A stretch of DNA of 32,000 nucleotides from Wolbachia endosymbiont of Dirofilaria (Dirofilaria) immitis. GTDB taxonomy: Bacteria; Pseudomonadota; Alphaproteobacteria; Rickettsiales; Anaplasmataceae. This document shows, piece by piece, positions 30,872 through 32,000 of this stretch (the first letter of the stretch is position 1; every line of letters starts with the position of its first letter). A program made the translations under genes and the position numbers. The DNA lies in contig NZ_CP046578.1 of the NCBI RefSeq assembly GCF_013365455.1, positions 1-32,000 of the forward strand, read 5' to 3'. The notes beneath the pieces were generated by a model. It worked only from the letters and a program-made list of their open reading frames with translations. It searched no databases and had not been told where the DNA came from.

Positions 30872-30982
30872 ATTTTTGGTACTATCTTGTACATATAGTG
30901 CTAAATCTTAGAAAAACGATAGATTTAAATATCAAGTACTGGAATATTAACTTATGTTATTATATAGCTGTGCACTAAGAAC

Positions 30983-32000
30983 CTAATTAATTTTGTTATC
31001 CCTTAGTCTCTTTAAATAGTGTTGGACTTCATTGTTAATCTGATTACTAAATAGTATAAGTGCTATCATATTAATAAGAGCTAAACAAGAGAATAAAGTT
31101 CCACCAATGTTAGCAATGGTCATTATATCTTTAGAAAGTCCAGAGAAAAATGCTACAATTATTACTGCTATACGGTATATTACTATGCTTTTTGTGCCAA
31201 ACAAATATAGCCATCCCATTTCACAGCAGTATACAAATGAAATTACTGAAGAAAACGCAAATAAAGGTGCGGCTGTAGTTAGAAGTATAGGAAACCAAGA
31301 AGAAACTGTTTCAAATGCTCTTTGAGTAATTAGTATTCCCTCACCAACGCCGGTTTGATATACATCTGTTATTACTATTGTTATTCCTGTTAAACAACAA
31401 ATTAACATTGTATCAAAGCATGGTTCTATCATTGCAACCAGTCCAGTTCTAACTGGTTCCTCATCTTTAGCCACTGCATGTGTAATTGAGGCAGAGCCAA
31501 TACCTGCTTCACTAGCAAAAATTGCCCTTTGGATTCCAGCAACAAATGCTCCTACTACTCCTCCACCAGCGGCGTTGAAGTCTATCATATTGGAAAATAG
31601 GATTTTAAATGCATTGCCAAGATTGCTGATATTAAATGCAATGATTGTAATGCAGCTAAAAATGTATATAAGCGACATGACTGGTACTAGTGCAGAAGAT
31701 ACTATGACTATCCTTCTAATTCCACCAATGATTACTAAAGCAAGCAACACGGAAATTATAAAAGAGAGCAACCATGGATTACTATCTATCCAATTTGAGT
31801 AGCCAGACAGTATTGAGACCATTTGGTTAGTTTGAAATGCTACACTTCCGCCGAGACCAGATAATATGAAGAATAATGCATATACTGCAGCTAGGGCAAT
31901 ACCAAGTTTTTTAAACCCAAATTCTTCTAATCCATTCTTAATATATTGAAAGGGGCCACTAAATAACTGTTCCTGACCTTCTGTCCTGTGTCTGAATGCT
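30983..32000 (-). CDS. alanine/glycine:cation symporter (AGCS family), 5' end beyond the window edge
   Basis: Frame stays open upstream of the listed Met at 31822: ...AFRHRTEGQEQLFSGPFQYIKNGLEEFGFKKLGIALAAVYALFFILSGLGGSVAFQTNQM; FASEAGIGSASITHA is AGCS-like. Confidence 0.88.
   Translation of the reverse strand, partial: AFRHRTEGQEQLFSGPFQYIKNGLEEFGFKKLGIALAAVYALFFILSGLGGSVAFQTNQMVSILSGYSNWIDSNPWLLSFIISVLLALVIIGGIRRIVIVSSALVPVMSLIYIFSCITIIAFNISNLGNAFKILFSNMIDFNAAGGGVVGAFVAGIQRAIFASEAGIGSASITHAVAKDEEPVRTGLVAMIEPCFDTMLICCLTGITIVITDVYQTGVGEGILITQRAFETVSSWFPILLTTAAPLFAFSSVISFVYCCEMGWLYLFGTKSIVIYRIAVIIVAFFSGLSKDIMTIANIGGTLFSCLALINMIALILFSNQINNEVQHYLKRLRDNKIN

Noticed and set aside
1-32000. CRISPR arrays, rRNA, tRNA, or intact insertion sequences
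   Set aside because: No regularly spaced direct repeats, no recognisable tRNA T-loop/acceptor structure, no rRNA-like sequence, and no transposase ORF seen on reading; a tRNAscan-SE or Infernal run was not possible.

Overview
AT-rich window of alphaproteobacterial, Anaplasmataceae (most likely Wolbachia-type) chromosome. Core genes dominate: hemE, aspartate aminotransferase, an MFS transporter, glyA, dusB, serS, purD, guaA, a TerC-family protein, mrpE/mnhE-like, purN, two M16 peptidase-family proteins, lspA, ribF, a monothiol/dithiol-type glutaredoxin, mpg, uvrA, plsY and an AGCS symporter cut by the right edge. Intact CDS cover only about 76% of the window, and several long gaps carry decayed coding sequence. 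Main observations: (1) The 5' intergenic block before hemE has three TTATNCACA DnaA boxes and a perfect TTAA-N7-TTAA CtrA-type site within about 220 bp, which makes it a strong candidate chromosomal replication origin. (2) The apparently empty 1.7 kb upstream of uvrA is a nearly full-length, heavily frameshifted ruvA-ruvB operon on the minus strand, found by hand translation. (3) A membrane-anchored Ulp1/C48-like cysteine protease with a His-Asp-Gln-Cys arrangement sits 16 bp upstream of dusB and is a candidate host-directed deSUMOylase/deubiquitinase effector. (4) Other gaps hold unidentified broken reading frames. No rRNA, tRNA, CRISPR array, or intact mobile element was recognised. Family assignments come from remembered motifs; no database search was run.
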